From the NCBI RefSeq assembly GCF_037042905.1, contig NC_087252.1, forward strand, positions 21,454,001 through 21,518,000: DNA of 64,000 bases, in the 5' to 3' direction. Source of the DNA: Lytechinus pictus. Its lineage: Eukaryota. Shown here piece by piece: positions 49,613 to 63,198 of this stretch. A program made the translations under genes and the position numbers. The notes beneath the pieces are model-generated. The model had not been told where the DNA came from. It saw nothing but the letters and a program-made list of their open reading frames with translations, and ran no database searches. Each line of letters starts with the position of its first letter. The stretch's first letter is position 1.

Positions 49613-50251
49613 CTAGAAAACCTGCTTTGTCTTTGTTCTCTTGACTTTCATAATTTCCAGCAAATTAAACTGATCTCATTATCCAATTCGCCCTATGCAT
49701 TGCGTACTGCTGCAATGTACCAAGAACATGATAGGATAATCCCACAATCCAGTTACAAATCTTAATCCATTTATAATCCATGAAGAACACAGAAGATCAG
49801 ACACCATGGCCCTCGGCCATTACCCCATCTCCCATATGGCATGGGATATTAAATACATCTTTCCGTCAATGATGTTAAACCTTTCACAGGAAACCGAATG
49901 GGATTAAGTCACGTTTGGCGATACAGGCTTGTCGTTTGGCCGCTAAACATAAGGCATATGCATCCTGGACATGTTTATAGGATCAGAAATGACTGTAGGG
50001 GTGATATATTGTTTCAGACCAAAATTGAATGAATATACATACATGTGTTAAGTGCTTGGAGACATCAGTGATGTATCAAACAATATAAGCAGGATATGAC
50101 CAATCACAATGTTGTTTATAATCCTTTAAAATGGTACAAAATAATGGTTTGGCTTTAATCACATATTTTTTTGTGAGTGTGAAGTGGAACCTGATAAGAA
50201 ATAGAATCAGATCTTCGAGCATGGCTATCTTGCTGTATGTATTGTAATTTG

Positions 50252-50618
50252 GTTTATTTTTAATTGGTCCAATGCCAATTCGTCCAATTACCAACTCGCC
50301 TACTGTCATTTGGTCTACCGTCAGTTCGTCCACTATCCACATGGTCTAATTGCCATTTCGTCCTCTCATCATTTCGTCTACTCATCATTTAGTCTATTTA
50401 CCAGTTGGTCCAATAGCCATTTAGTCCATGTACCATTTCGTTTAAAAGTATTAATTGGGCAAAATGAATGGAAATATAATGGATATTAGACCAACTGGTG
50501 ATTATTGGACCAAATAGTTGTTAGACGAAATGTTGATGGACATAATGGCAATAGACTAAATGAAGGTAGACCATGTGATGAGTGGACGAGATGGCTATAG
50601 ACAAATTGGCAATTTACC
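50252..50618 (-). mobile_element. Inverted copy of the 46953-47379 MITE
   Basis: Ends tagacaaattggcaatttacc; internal reverse-complement homology; a more decayed relative lies at ~58570-59025. Confidence 0.8.
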
Positions 50619-52287
50619 TACAATTTTATGTGTTTAGGCCCATTCTATAAAGATTTCTGATCTTTCTATAATATCTATATGCTATTATCATGTGAGATTT
50701 AGATTTTGAAGTATACAATGAATAAATAGATAGGTAGATAGATGAACTACAGATGCCAGGGAGAGAGAAATAAAACAAGGCAACGAAAGTAATAACTTTC
50801 TACATCAGCTCAACCAGTCTCACAAGTCCGAGTTCACCTGTTTCTACAAGTATGTTTTCATCGCCATGACAACATCAAACACACTTGATTTAATCTCAGT
50901 TCCTGTCAAAATATATATTCCGTTAAACAAAAAACAAACAAAAAAGCCCCAGAATGCTCTCCATGTGGCTCAGCCTTTGATATGAGACGAGTATAATGCA
51001 ACTTTTGAATTTCGCTGCCTTTGCATGTACGATTTCAATGATATATTTTCTTCTGATTTTTAGAGCCTTTGTTGTACGTGTCAGCCTCTATTGTCCGCAG
51101 TCTGACGCTCGGCATTTATTGTGAAAAGAAAAATCAATTTCATTTTGTGATTTGATGACTTTCATTAGCCAAGCCTTCACCTGTCTTCATGTGATATTCA
51201 ATTTAGAAGAGCTTTTTTTAAATGGAAATATTTTGAGTGGCATAAATGGAGTTTGTGAAGTTTAATTGATGATGATGAATCCTTAAATGTGCACATGATC
51301 ATTATTGACCTTTAGTGATTGCATAGCTGTACTTATTCTTTATTTGCCATATTTTTTTCTTTGACGCACTGTTTTGTTTCATTATCAATTTAATTAGATT
51401 GTAGAAATGAACTAAATTGAATTGAATACTCAAAGAATGAAGTTAGATTTGGCTTGCTGCAAAACAGGATTTATGTTTTTGATTGTTCAAAATGTTTAGC
51501 TTAAAAGATAATGAAATGCCTTCATTGGTATGATTTTGTTTTTGTAACAGTAAGACAATTAATTAGGTGCTTAAATGTTTTGAAAAGTGCAAAACCAGTA
51601 CAACGATACACCAGACGGTGGCCTGTACTGTTTCCAGAAGAGAAGAAGAAGAAAACGTCTTGGGGCGGGGTAGTGGGGGGGGGGGGCTGATAAATGATTT
51701 TTTGTTGTTGAGCTGTTCACATGTACATGTTCATATCTATTGGAAAAATTTCCCTCTCTTTTGAGAAGATCAAAATTAATGCATGGTCTATCAGCAGGTA
51801 TTAACCTTTCATAGTCTAGGGCCAAAAAACTATTTTACTAGAATTTTTTTTCTGCTTTCTACAACACCATACCATTTGAGCATTACCAATACAGACAGTA
51901 ATTGTTCCTGATAAGCTCTTCATATTGATGAAGCGATTACAGTAGCGAGGCAGCATACACACCCAAATATCATTAGATTCTCTTGTTCTGTGCAAAAAGG
52001 CATTGGTTCATGTACTATAATGCAGATATATTGGCCTTTTTCTGGTGATGAGATGAGCGCTATTCGCCCGATTGCCGCTTATCCAGTCTGCCGTAAACTG
52101 ATTGAATAGATTTTATTGAATTTGTATTGTTAAACAAGGTTAGCACTAATTAAGACTGGCATCTGTTTGGATTGCGTAAGTCTGTAGAAGTCCATCATTC
52201 ATTAGCAAGATAGTATATGTTGTGTGGATTTGGAATGTACTTTTGAAGCCCCCACAATTTGTCATAAATTTGAGATTTCAATTCATT

Positions 52288-53126
52288 TTGTATAGGCTTC
52301 AATATGACAAACCTTCAATTGAGATTTTGTAGGGCAAGGTCTTCTGACATCAAGGGTTGTGTGGTCTAATGTGGTTAGAGCTTTGGACTTGTGATTGTAA
52401 GGTTGTGAGTTCAAATCCCAGCTCGGCCATTATCTCCATTATCTCCAAATCAGTTGTTGATATTGTATAGGCTTCAATATGACAAACCTTCAATTGAGAT
52501 TTTGTAGGGCAAGGTCTTCTGACATCAAGGGTAGTGTGGTCTAGTGGTTAGAGCATTGGACTCGTGATTGTAAGGTTGTGAGTTCAAATCCCAGCTCGGC
52601 CATTATCTCCATTATCTCCAAATCAGTTGTTGATATTGTACAGGCTTCAATATAACAAACCTTCAATTGAGATTTTGTAGGGCAAGGTCTTCTGACATCA
52701 AGGGTAGTGTGGTCTAGTGGTTAGAGCATTGGACTCGTGATTGTAAGGTTGTGAGTTCAAATCCCAGCTCGGCCATTATCTCCATTATCTCCAAATCAGT
52801 TGTTGATATTGTACAGGCTTCAATATAACAAACCTTCAATTGAGATTTTGTAGGGCAAGGTCTTCTGACATCAAGGGTAGTGTGGTCTAGTGGTTAGAGC
52901 ATTGGACTCGTGATTGTTAGGTTGTGAGTTCAAATCCCAGCTCGGTCATTATCTCCATTATAGTTGTTGATATTACGTGTACAGGCTTCAATATGACAAA
53001 CCTTCAAAATAAGATTTTGTAGGGCAAGTTCTTAAGGCATCAAGGGTTGTGTGGTCTAGTGGTTAGAGCATTGGACTCATGATTGTAAGGTTGTGAGTTC
53101 AAATCCCAGCTTGGCCATTATCTCCA
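52288..53126 (+). repeat. Five-copy ~173-bp tandem array, each unit with a tRNA-like SINE head
   Basis: Unit anchors at 52291, 52466, 52639, 52812 and 52980; units have tggtctagtgg (A box; altered in unit 1) and gttcaaatc (B box). Confidence 0.95.
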
Positions 53127-53305
53127 CTTTAACTAAAAGGGCACAAAAGTAATTTCTGTCATCTATAAGGTCAGCCACTGTGACTGATTAACTAAGACTT
53201 AAATGTTGCCTATGTGATTGGTGTTATATAAATCAACTTGACGGACAGCTGCTGTGCCCAAATGTTAAGGGAGTTACTTCAACAGAAACAGAAATGGAAA
53301 TAAAA
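53043..53305 (+). mobile_element. Probable full SINE (last array unit continuing into a body and an A-rich tail)
   Basis: tRNA-like head, then ~170 bp of non-repeated sequence ending aacagaaacagaaatggaaataaaa. Confidence 0.5.
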
Positions 53306-53729
53306 TTTCTTTATTAAAGCTCAAATAAAAAATAATAATAAGAGCACAATTCTCAAAGGCCAATGTGAGAGGTCAATGCCTTATTAGAACAAGTTAAGCC
53401 CTGCTAAAGACACCACTTTTTATTATGTTATTAAAACATATCTGTTATTTGCATTACTACTTATGCTCTTAAATGAATTCTACATAAAATATATTTATGA
53501 GCAGTTAGGTTATATATATGACTGTATATGAATGCACAAATGTTGTTTTCTTCAATATATCCTATTGGCCATAACTGATTAAATCAAATTTCAAAGATGA
53601 ATAATTCCCTTGGTAAAAATTATGGTGTGCCAATGTGGTTGTGGTTTTTGTGCATATTGTGGTATTACATCACAGCATAGGATATGAATTCCCTGGGGGT
53701 GATGGCATGTCAGTTTTTATCCAATCGTT

Positions 53730-54400
53730 AAACTCAATTATGCTCTGCTCACTGGGTTATTGGATCAATGCGTTATTGACTGTAATTGATGTATTCATTA
53801 AAAAAATTAGATATTCAGACTTATTGCCCTGGCCAAAATAACACTATTCACTGACAGTGCAATAGTACTGTGCCATAGTAAAGTTAATTATGCTGTGCTT
53901 ACTGAGTTATTTGATATTCAATGTGTTATGGAATGTTATTGATGAATTCATTAAAAAATAGATATTCAGACTGAATACACTCGTTAGATAATATTATTCA
54001 CTTATTGTGTAATAGTACTGTGCAATAGTACTGTGCAAAAGTAAAGTTTATTATGCTGTGCTCACCGGGTTATTGGATACAATCAATGCATCATGGGATG
54101 TAATTGATGTATTCATTAAAAAAAATTGATGTTCGGACATATTTCACTGACCAAGATCACACTATTCACTGACTGGGTAAAAGTACTGTGTATCAGTGCT
54201 GTGCAATAGTACTTTCCTATTCAAATAGGTATAGTCAATTTATACTCTGCTCATTGACTTAGTTTTTATAATCAATGCTTTATGAAATAAATGTACACGT
54301 TGTTGATGTATTCATTAAAATCAGATACCCAGTATGATGGCAATGGCGAGCTGATACTATCAATTGAGAAAGTATTTTCTACTGTTCATTAGTACTTTTG
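53730..54400 (+). repeat. Diverged tandem repeat, about four units of 150-190 bp
   Basis: attatgct.tgct.act..gttatt, ttgatg.attcattaaaa and aatagtactgtgc recur near 53737, 53887, 54049 and 54238. Confidence 0.8.
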
Positions 54401-54993
54401 GATGGTACGTGGTGTGTGCAACGGTACGAATGTTTGACATTCAGTCTCCCATTTGCTCGCGTACAACAAGCTAAGTAGGCGTTGTACAATAAACTACTTT
54501 AACCCAAGTTTGACAAGAGCAGCGATCACTATTCACAATATGTAAAGAATTATCGTATACCCATTAAGTTCATCCAAGTGAAGAAAATTTGAACATGTAT
54601 GAGGGTTAGAAGTATGACATTCATTGCCATTATGTTTGACTTTACAGTTAGAATTTTCAAACATATTTTGTGCTCTTATTCATTTTAATGAATTGTATAC
54701 TGGTCAAAAAGACATAAAATATCCAGTAGGCCTAGGCCTACATTGAAAGAATGCAGAAAAATAAAAAATTTACACCCTGCATTAGGAAAAGTTACTTTTT
54801 GTTGAAGATTGAAATTAATAAAGCACCCTTTTTTGTACAATTTTCTGCAATTACTGAGGAAATCAAATATAAATGTAGATATCAATATCTTAAAATCAAT
54901 TTCATGTGTCACAAATTCTCATAGTGAATTTATACAAAATCATGTTGCAAATACACTGAATTGTAAATCAATGTGATAAATAATCATTAAATG

Positions 54994-55272
54994 TGTGGAT
55001 GCGTCGTGGTCTAGTGGTTCTGACTCTCGCCTTTGAAACAGAGGGTCGTGGGTTCGAATTGTAGCCATGGCGTTTTTTTCCTTCAGCAAGAAATTTATCC
55101 ACACTGTGCTGCACTCGACCCAGGTGAGGTGAATGGGTACCCGGCAGGAGTAATTCCTTGCATGCACTGAGCGCCGGTGATGGTAGCTCGAGCTAAAGCC
55201 GGGGTAATAATAGCAGCGCTTTTTATCCTCTGGCAAAAGCGCTTTATAAATCCAGCTATTATTACTATTATT
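54994..55272 (+). mobile_element. tRNA-derived SINE, well preserved
   Basis: tggtctagtgg, ggttcgaat, cactcgacccaggtgaggtgaatgggtacc, (ATT)n tail; attaaatg on both flanks as possible TSD. Confidence 0.9.
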
Positions 55273-55670
55273 ATTAAATGCCTTGAGAGAACATAAAAAT
55301 GTGTTTGTACTTGAAGGCTAGAAATTTTTATGGTTTTTTTTTCACTACAATCCATGAAATAAGTAAACATACACCCTTGAACACACAAACATTCCAAATC
55401 CACCACTAGCATAGCATCATCCATTTGCAATCAACATTCTCCCCCACTCAAAGGAATCCTCCAATCACATGAAGCGAGTGATGAGCATTCTATTCATACT
55501 GTTTAATCCGTTGTTTTGTGTATTGTTTCGCTGACTTGGCAAGCTGATTACAGCTAGCGTTGATGGTCTTAGATTGCTTTCCGACTCGCCCTTGACTCCT
55601 AAAGCCGGTCACTAGGGGAAAACATGGACGTTTTTGCGTTCACACTTGTCTAACATGTTCTGGTAATTAA

Positions 55671-56094
55671 AGGAGAAGTTCACTGTGGCAAAAAGTCCAT
55701 TTGAAAAATAGCAGAAAAATACAAAAAATACAATATTTGAGGAAAATCCATCAAAAATTAAAAAAGTTATTAGAATTTTAATTATTTTGATTTGTGATGC
55801 AATAATATGCAAGCAGCTCCCCCATATATTGTGTGGTATAAAAACAATAAAATGTCATTTTCTTACAAAATTGAAGATGTTTTTATTGTGTATAAAAATC
55901 GTTTCACCCCCACCCCGGAAAAAAAGTTATCATGAACAATTAAATAATTGAAATTTATACATTTTATATTTCATAACATCAGCTACTCGAATATGATGTC
56001 ACAAATCAAAAACTTAAAATTCTTGTATCTTTCTTTTAATTATTTTTTTTCTGTTATTTTTACAATAAACTTTTTGTCTGGGTGAACTTCCCCT
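55671..56094. mobile_element. Kolobok-like MITE (older)
   Basis: ttaa|aggagaagttcac ... gtgaacttcccct. Confidence 0.7.
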
Positions 56095-58289
56095 AAGGTG
56101 TAGTAATTCAACTCTGAATTATTTGGTTTTTATTTTGCCTGATCACTCAAATAGGCTGTGCATATGGTGTACTTGAAAATAAGCAACTAGGGCACTAGTG
56201 GTTTTACATCCTTTCTGTGGGACTAGGTTAGGAGGATTACTATTTTATTATTTGTTGTTTATGAGCCGGTTGTGTACAAAACATATGAGAGAAATGGTGA
56301 AGGGAGAAAGAATAGACAATTTTTTTTAAATTAGAGATGAATATATTTCAGAGTTTTCTGGGTAATAAAAGGTGGAATTATTCCCATACGCCACCCTTGA
56401 GCCATCTCCATAATCCCTTCTCTCATTTTCCTCATATGTTTTATACACAGCAGCGTGCCGATGTGCGATGGTTTACTTACTCAACTCTAGTGGGCGTCCT
56501 TCCGATAAGCATTTATCGAGCGTTTAAAAAAAATCGCCAAAGTGTCCTCCGATCTCCCCTTGTAGTATCTTTGCAATTATTTACTAATCCGATAGTTTCA
56601 ATATTGAATGTTTTTCCCTTGTAAAAATCTAAATATTTGTTTGAAAAGTGTGAACGCCATAATTTGCACAGAGAAGGAAATCATTAAAATGCAATAGCAT
56701 GCAGTGATGTGTCTCTGATAGAAAATGAATGAGCTTGGACTAGCCTCACATCAAGCCACATCTTTTATTCACCTCAATATTAAATTGAATTATATTATAT
56801 TGAATTCAAATTAAGATTTATTAAAACTTGGTATATCCCTGCATGATAATTGCCATGACCTTGATTAATCACAATATTTTGAAGGTAATTGTATATTTTT
56901 TAGTGTGACAAGAATGATATAGAAAGGACTGCATATATGTTTTAAAGTTATTCTTGTAATTCATTTCTACTACCAGATACGTACATGTTTTTAAGTTGTA
57001 ATGTGGTCAAAAGATCTTTTTTTATTTTTTATATACCAGTCATTACAACCTATACAAATATAACAAAAAAAAACATTTCTGTGAACAATCAATTATAACC
57101 CCCCCCCCCAAAAAAAAAATGAATAAAACAATTGCATTTGTGGCATTTTGTAGGCCGAAATGAAGTAGAATTTAAACTAAAAATTATGAAAAAAAACACT
57201 GTAGATGCCGGCAGTGAAAAAGAACAAATAGATGAATGTTAAACAGTCAATTACACAGATTTTTTAACCAGCCCCAAAGTTAGTATATATATGAGTGAAC
57301 AAATTGTTGGTTAAAACAATTCCATTTCATTATGCATATGATATTGTTTTAACCAAATGTTGGTAAGTTCATATTTGTACAAACTTATAGGTTAATTAAA
57401 ACATTTCTGAGAGTGTAGTATGTAAGTTTCTTGATTTTTGGCATAAGGCATTTAAATATGTTTGTATTTGTAATGCAGTGAGTAGAAATAATGATGTCCT
57501 CATCGGTATTTGTATTTCTATTTTGAAATGTTTAAGCATTTAGCCGTAGTGTATCTGATTTCAGTCACATATGAGAAGTCATTGGCGATTAATAATAAAT
57601 ACCATTTCAAATGGATTTTTATTTATGATCCCCCTCGTATCGAGTATGTAATTGCCAGAGGTTATTAACAGTTCATAACCTATTTTCTCTTACCTTCACA
57701 GGGAGAGGGAAAAATGGTGAAAGCCTCGGTGGGAGGCTAGTTGGAGGGACCTTTTAGATTACCGGGAATCCTAACCTTGTCTTCAGACCACCGGGCCAAT
57801 GAATAGCAACCTTCCGCCTCACCGATTCCAATTAATGCTCTGAGTCCAGCAAGGAAATGCAGACTTGGGGCGTGGGAAAGGGGCTGACAGGAATTCACCT
57901 GTATGGGACTAACTGGTGAACCATTCAATGAAGGTAGGCAATCGAGTGTTACGACAAGAGCATGATTGAAGTGGAGTGATCATGTTTGAAATGTGTAAAC
58001 ATATTTTTCATAGCTTTAATCACTGATTACCCGTAAATGTATGTAAAAATGTATGTTAAAAGGCTGTTTAATGTTTTTAATTGATTGGGGAAGTTACAGA
58101 AATTGTTTTTTTTAATCTTTTTTAAGCTCTCACTGACCTTCATTTCCAGTCAGTCAAGTACTTGTGTGGAATATTGTTAATCAATTTTGATAAGTTATCA
58201 TTTTAAAGCTAAGGATGTGTCTTTCAGGCTTGAAAAGTATAAACATTAATTTTGGCGACTTCTATCAAATTGGGGGTGGTGGTCACATA

Positions 58290-58485
58290 CAGTGGATATC
58301 AAAAGTTAGTGAACCCCACCAGAAAAGGAATATAGGTGTTCAAGTTCATGTTCTACCATGTTTTAGATATTTAATTGGGAAGCGAGCTCTATTACATTCA
58401 ATGAAGGTTGTTTCTCTGTGCACATCGAACTCAGCATGAAGGAGTGCATTTTCTTGTGGGTTTCACCAACTTTTGAGCACAACTG
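58290..58485. mobile_element. Tc1/mariner-like MITE, TA TSD
   Basis: ta|cagtggatatcaaaagttagtgaacccca ... tgggtttcaccaacttttgagcacaactg|ta. Confidence 0.8.
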
Positions 58486-61049
58486 TATAATAACTGTGTT
58501 ATATTAGACCTATTATTAATCAGAGGTAGATATGAACTTACTTTATGTGTAAGTGTGCTGTAGTTGACATGGTCCATGGCCTTTTGGTCTAGGACCAAGC
58601 GGACTAGTTCACATATTAGCCAAAACCACTAGGACTAAACCCATTTGGTCTAATTTTTGTTTAGTCTAACAAAAGCTGGTCTAATTCACAGTTTGTATTA
58701 CACTGCTCTAATTGCATTTATGACTTAAAAAGTGTTACTGGCTTGATACCAGTTGGTCTAATTCACAGATTATCTAATACCATGCTACTTGCATTTTGGT
58801 CTAATATTTGGCTTTAGCCATTTAGTCTAATACACACATCTATTACCATGCTAATTGCATTTTGGTCTAATTACCTTTTTTGGTATAATTCTGATGCAAC
58901 CCGTTGGTGTAACCCATTGGTGTAATAATTTGTTCCAATTATCACTTGATCCACTACCAGTTGGTATAATTGTTTCACTTTATTTGTAATTACTTATTAA
59001 TTGTATCTCTTATTTTGGTCTAATTGAAAGAGGGTGGGGGACTGTTTGGCCAAATTCACTGATAATTGATATTTGCCATCTGCAGAAAATTGATTTTTTT
59101 TGGGGGGGGAGGGGAGGGGGAAGGAAGGTGAGGTAGGGGAGGGGCAAGAAAAGAATCGAAGAGCAACAGATCCAAGCCAAACAGCGATGAATCAAGGATA
59201 AGATGAACAGATGATGGTGAAAGAAAGATGGAAGGAGGAACGGGCAGAAGGAATTGAGGGAAAATTAAAGGGGGGGGGGGGTACAAAAGTCACTAACAAC
59301 AGAATTACAGAAATGTATTGATCAGAGATAGTAAGAGATACAGGGTAAATGTTGTGAGACAATAGGACAGAAATGTGGAACGAAAGATGAAGAAGATGAC
59401 ATCGGAGATGAAGATAGAGGGATAGTCTGGACAAGATCATCAATATTTTTTCTTAGATGGGGACCGGGGTGGGGGGGATTGTAAATCAATCGACTCCGAA
59501 ATCTCCCACAATCAGGTACGATTTCACGGCGGGATGGATCGGTCCTCGAATTGACCTGGCGTCCTTGGTGACAAACGGGCATGACTGTCGCTTCTGATTC
59601 GGCCGGGGATAGCTCTACCCGTAGATTACAAATCAGTGGTCTCTGTCCTGTCGTTTCTTGCATCCCACGCTGAAATCCTTTACTTGTCGATCTCTCAATG
59701 CCAATCTTCGTCTAATTTTGTTCAGTGAACAATCCGTGGAACGGTCAATTCAGGGGCAGGTATATTACTGACCTAGCTAAGGACAGTCAGGATTTGTTTT
59801 TAGCCAGGCTCCAATTTAAGCATGGATTGTTTGAGATTCTGACCTAATTAAAGATTGGGATAGGTATTATGATTGGATGAATTCAAGCACACTTCCTGTG
59901 ATGTATGTCTGTAGGTCAGATTCGAGAGATCCAATATTTTGCATGAAATAACAGAATTTGGAAGATTCACCCCCTCTATCTATACAAAAGTAGACCTTTT
60001 CACCGGTAAAGGGTTTGATAGTTTCAGTAGTGAAATATAAAGGTGTATTCATGAATTTTACTGCTGCACTCATGTATCCTTTGTTCATTGGTGGAGATCT
60101 ATTGTTGAACCCCCCCCCCCCTATACAAAAAATAATCATCTGCTCTGGTGCCCATGGTTGCACTTATTCAACACCATTTTAGGAGAAATGTGGCTGAAAT
60201 GTTATCAGTGTCAGAATTTTTTTTTAATTCACAATAATACATTTTCCTGTGCTCAGAATTTGTCTCTTTCCCTTTTGAATTTTTTTACTTGCAATTATAT
60301 GAATCAACCAAAGGTGTAATAACACCCATATGTGTTTAATTAACACTAAATTAACACTGGTGTAAAATGATTGGTGTGGTCCTGTTACTGTCTGCATTTC
60401 ATCAAGCACATTGAATTATTTTGAATGAGATGTTCGCTAAATTATGTGTGGGTGGAACCTGCGTATATCAGACATAATGGGGGCTCCGGGGGCAGTTTGG
60501 GGTTAACCAATGTCACGGCGTGCAGGTGGCTCGCATTGCTCCGTACTCACAGTGTCACAACTCAAAGACTTCTACCCCCTAGCTACGTCCATTGATTTCG
60601 TCATTGGGTGAGAAAGGGATGATAAAACAAGAACTTCATCAGAAATAACCGAGGCAGAGGCAGACCCCCCATTCACACAGCATATATTTTTTTAAATTCT
60701 GTTTCAAAGATTGACACAAGGGATAATGCCAATATCTTACCATTTTGATATTTTCCCTTAAAAAATATCAATCTGTATATGTTCACACAATTTCTATGTG
60801 ATTTATATTTGTAGCAATGTCAATATATACAATGGGGAAAGTTTGGAAAGGACTTTCCTTTATCCAGTGTATGATTCCTAAGTACTGCAGCTTTCAAAGA
60901 GCATTTACGCAACAAAATAATTTTTACATTCCAAAGAGGATTACTGAGAAGATGATAGCACTTGGACTACAACCCCCCCCCACCAATAGAATAGAAAAAT
61001 AAATAAATAGGAAAGTAGAAATGACAGCATTACTTTTCAGAAAAGGGTT

Positions 61050-61445
61050 CTGGGTTCCCAGCCCATCAGGGAAATCAGGGAACATTATTTTCCTTTTTTT
61101 TCCAGTCAGGGAAAAATTAGGGAATTTGATAAAAAATACCTCAAATGAGGGAACAATCAGGGAATTATGATCAGCCCAAAAGTCGAAAGCATGGTAGTTA
61201 GTCAGACTTTGTTAAAGGCCTATTTTGTTGCATATCAAAACAACAGCATCCATTGAATGACTGGTTATGGTGGCACTAATTAGTTTTACATTATTGGTTT
61301 TTATACTGAATACACATATAATTCGCTGCAACAACTTAGAAAACATGCGAAACTGGAAATGGGTTCAGATGATAATCAGGGAATTTTAAAACTTCATCAG
61401 GGAAAAATGTGGAAATTTTGTTTTCTTGAAAAGCTGGGAACCCTG
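61050..61445 (+). mobile_element. hAT5-like MITE, perfect 5-bp TSD
   Basis: gggtt|ctgggttcccagc ... gctgggaaccctg|gggtt; homologous to 10478-10875. Confidence 0.9.
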
Positions 61446-61778
61446 GGGTTGGTCTTTATCTCCGAGCTCCTTCACACTGCTGTTTGATATTGCTCTTGTG
61501 TGAATGGGGTGAGAAGGAAATGATAAAAAAGAAAGAGAAACAGGGAGAAAGAGATAGAGAGAAAGGTAGGGAGGTAGGTAGGTAGAGAAAGAGAGAGATC
61601 TAGGAAGTAGAGAGGAAATTGCATGGAGAGGAAGTTTCTTCTTTTTTTACGTTACGCTTTTGACTAATTCAATAATAAAAGGTGTTTTCATAGAGTGTGT
61701 GTCTATATATAGACCCCATCTCACAGTACACATTTAAAGCATGAAATTACCGTAAGAATGCTAAATATTACTTCTTAA

Positions 61779-62156
61779 AGTGATTGGTTAACATTGGTTT
61801 GACTTTAAAAAAATCTGAGCTAGAAGGTCACACTTGTCAACTGTGTCTGTGATATGTTACAAAAATGAAGCCCAGAAAAAATTGTGTTCGAAAATAATTA
61901 TTTAGTGCTTCAAAAATTGAAATATAAAGTGACCGAAAACACCATCTTAATTTCATCCCATACACTTATGTGTACTATTTAGGCGTCTATAAGATGCCTA
62001 TTTACAAAATCGGGGTTTGCCTTGTAGTTTTAGCTTTTCATTCTCAATAATGGTTGTTTTCAGGGTTTATTAGTTCTAATACATGCACTTGTACACATGT
62101 TTCATCTTGGTTTGAGAATTTTTTAAATCGGCTGCTCACAAAGTTAAACAATACCT
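61779..62156 (+). mobile_element. Kolobok-like 378-bp MITE, copy 2
   Basis: TTAA flanks; nearly identical to 24567-24944. Confidence 0.9.
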
Positions 62157-62207
62157 TTAATGCAACTTTTTGCACATGTCCATGTGTTTGTTATGGTTTA
62201 TCATATA

Positions 62208-62625
62208 TTAGTCTCGCCTGCAGAGCAAAGTGGGATGTCCTATAGGCACCACGGTGGCGGCATCAACATTGAAATCTTAATCTAAGGAAGGTTAAGTTTT
62301 TGAAATGGCATCATAACTTAAAAAGTAATGGACCTAGTTCATGAAACTTAGACATACATGTAAGGTTAATCAAGTATTACCGAACATCCTGCTTGAGTTT
62401 CAGGTCACATGACCAAGGTCAAAGGTCATTTACGGTCAATGAACCTAGACCATTGGGGGGGGGGATCAACATCAAAATCTTAACCTAATGTTCAGTTTTG
62501 GAAATGTCATCATTACTGAGAAATGATATGGATCTAGTGCCTGCAACTTGGAAATAAGGGTAATCAAGTATCACTGACCATCCTGCCTGCGTATTTGGTC
62601 ACATGACCAAGGCGCTTCACTTGTT
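62208..62625 (+). mobile_element. HINE-like element, second copy (about two core units)
   Basis: gtctcgcctgca start; ggacctagttcatgaaactt and aggtcacatgaccaaggtcaaaggtca as in 29434-30730. Confidence 0.7.
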
Positions 62626-63198
62626 TCTGATATAAAATATGTTAACAGATGTAGCCTACAGGGTAGATCATCTGATTGCCAGGTATTGGTTCTTATATTA
62701 GAAATTTATGTTTTGGATTTTTACTTTGTTGGTAACAATTGTATTTTCGTTCTTTTTTTATCAGTCTGCCAATTCATTAACCTATCAATCATTCTTATAA
62801 TTTTGTTTTGGAGAAACGAAAATATTAAAAAGAAAATATTAAATAATCCTTGAATATATATATATATACTACGAGGAGGGAAAGAAAAAGCTTTGATAAG
62901 ATTTTACATGATTTATTTCTGCCAGCATTTTATAGCATTTTACTTTCTCATTCCTCTCTCTCTCTGGATCCTTTTGGAATTTCCCGGGCTCTTTTTTATT
63001 TTTTTCATAGTTTTCCATGGCTCTATCGGGCACTTTTGGGGGTTAATTTGCCCTGCACCCTGTGCAATATTTTCCCCTCCTCTGTCTACATCTTTTTTTC
63101 TCTCCCCTCTCCTCTCATCTAACTTTTCTTTATCTTGACCATCTCTATATCTTTCATTTATTCAAACATTCCCTAATCGGGGGGGGGGGGGGGGGGGG

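Noticed and set aside
52354..53118. Cluster of five functional tRNA genes (Thr-CGT-like loop)
   Set aside because: Acceptor and anticodon stems do not pair properly, and the loop varies between copies (tgt, cgt, cat)
52288..53126. CRISPR-like array
   Set aside because: Whole units are repeated with no unique spacers; eukaryotic context and no cas genes
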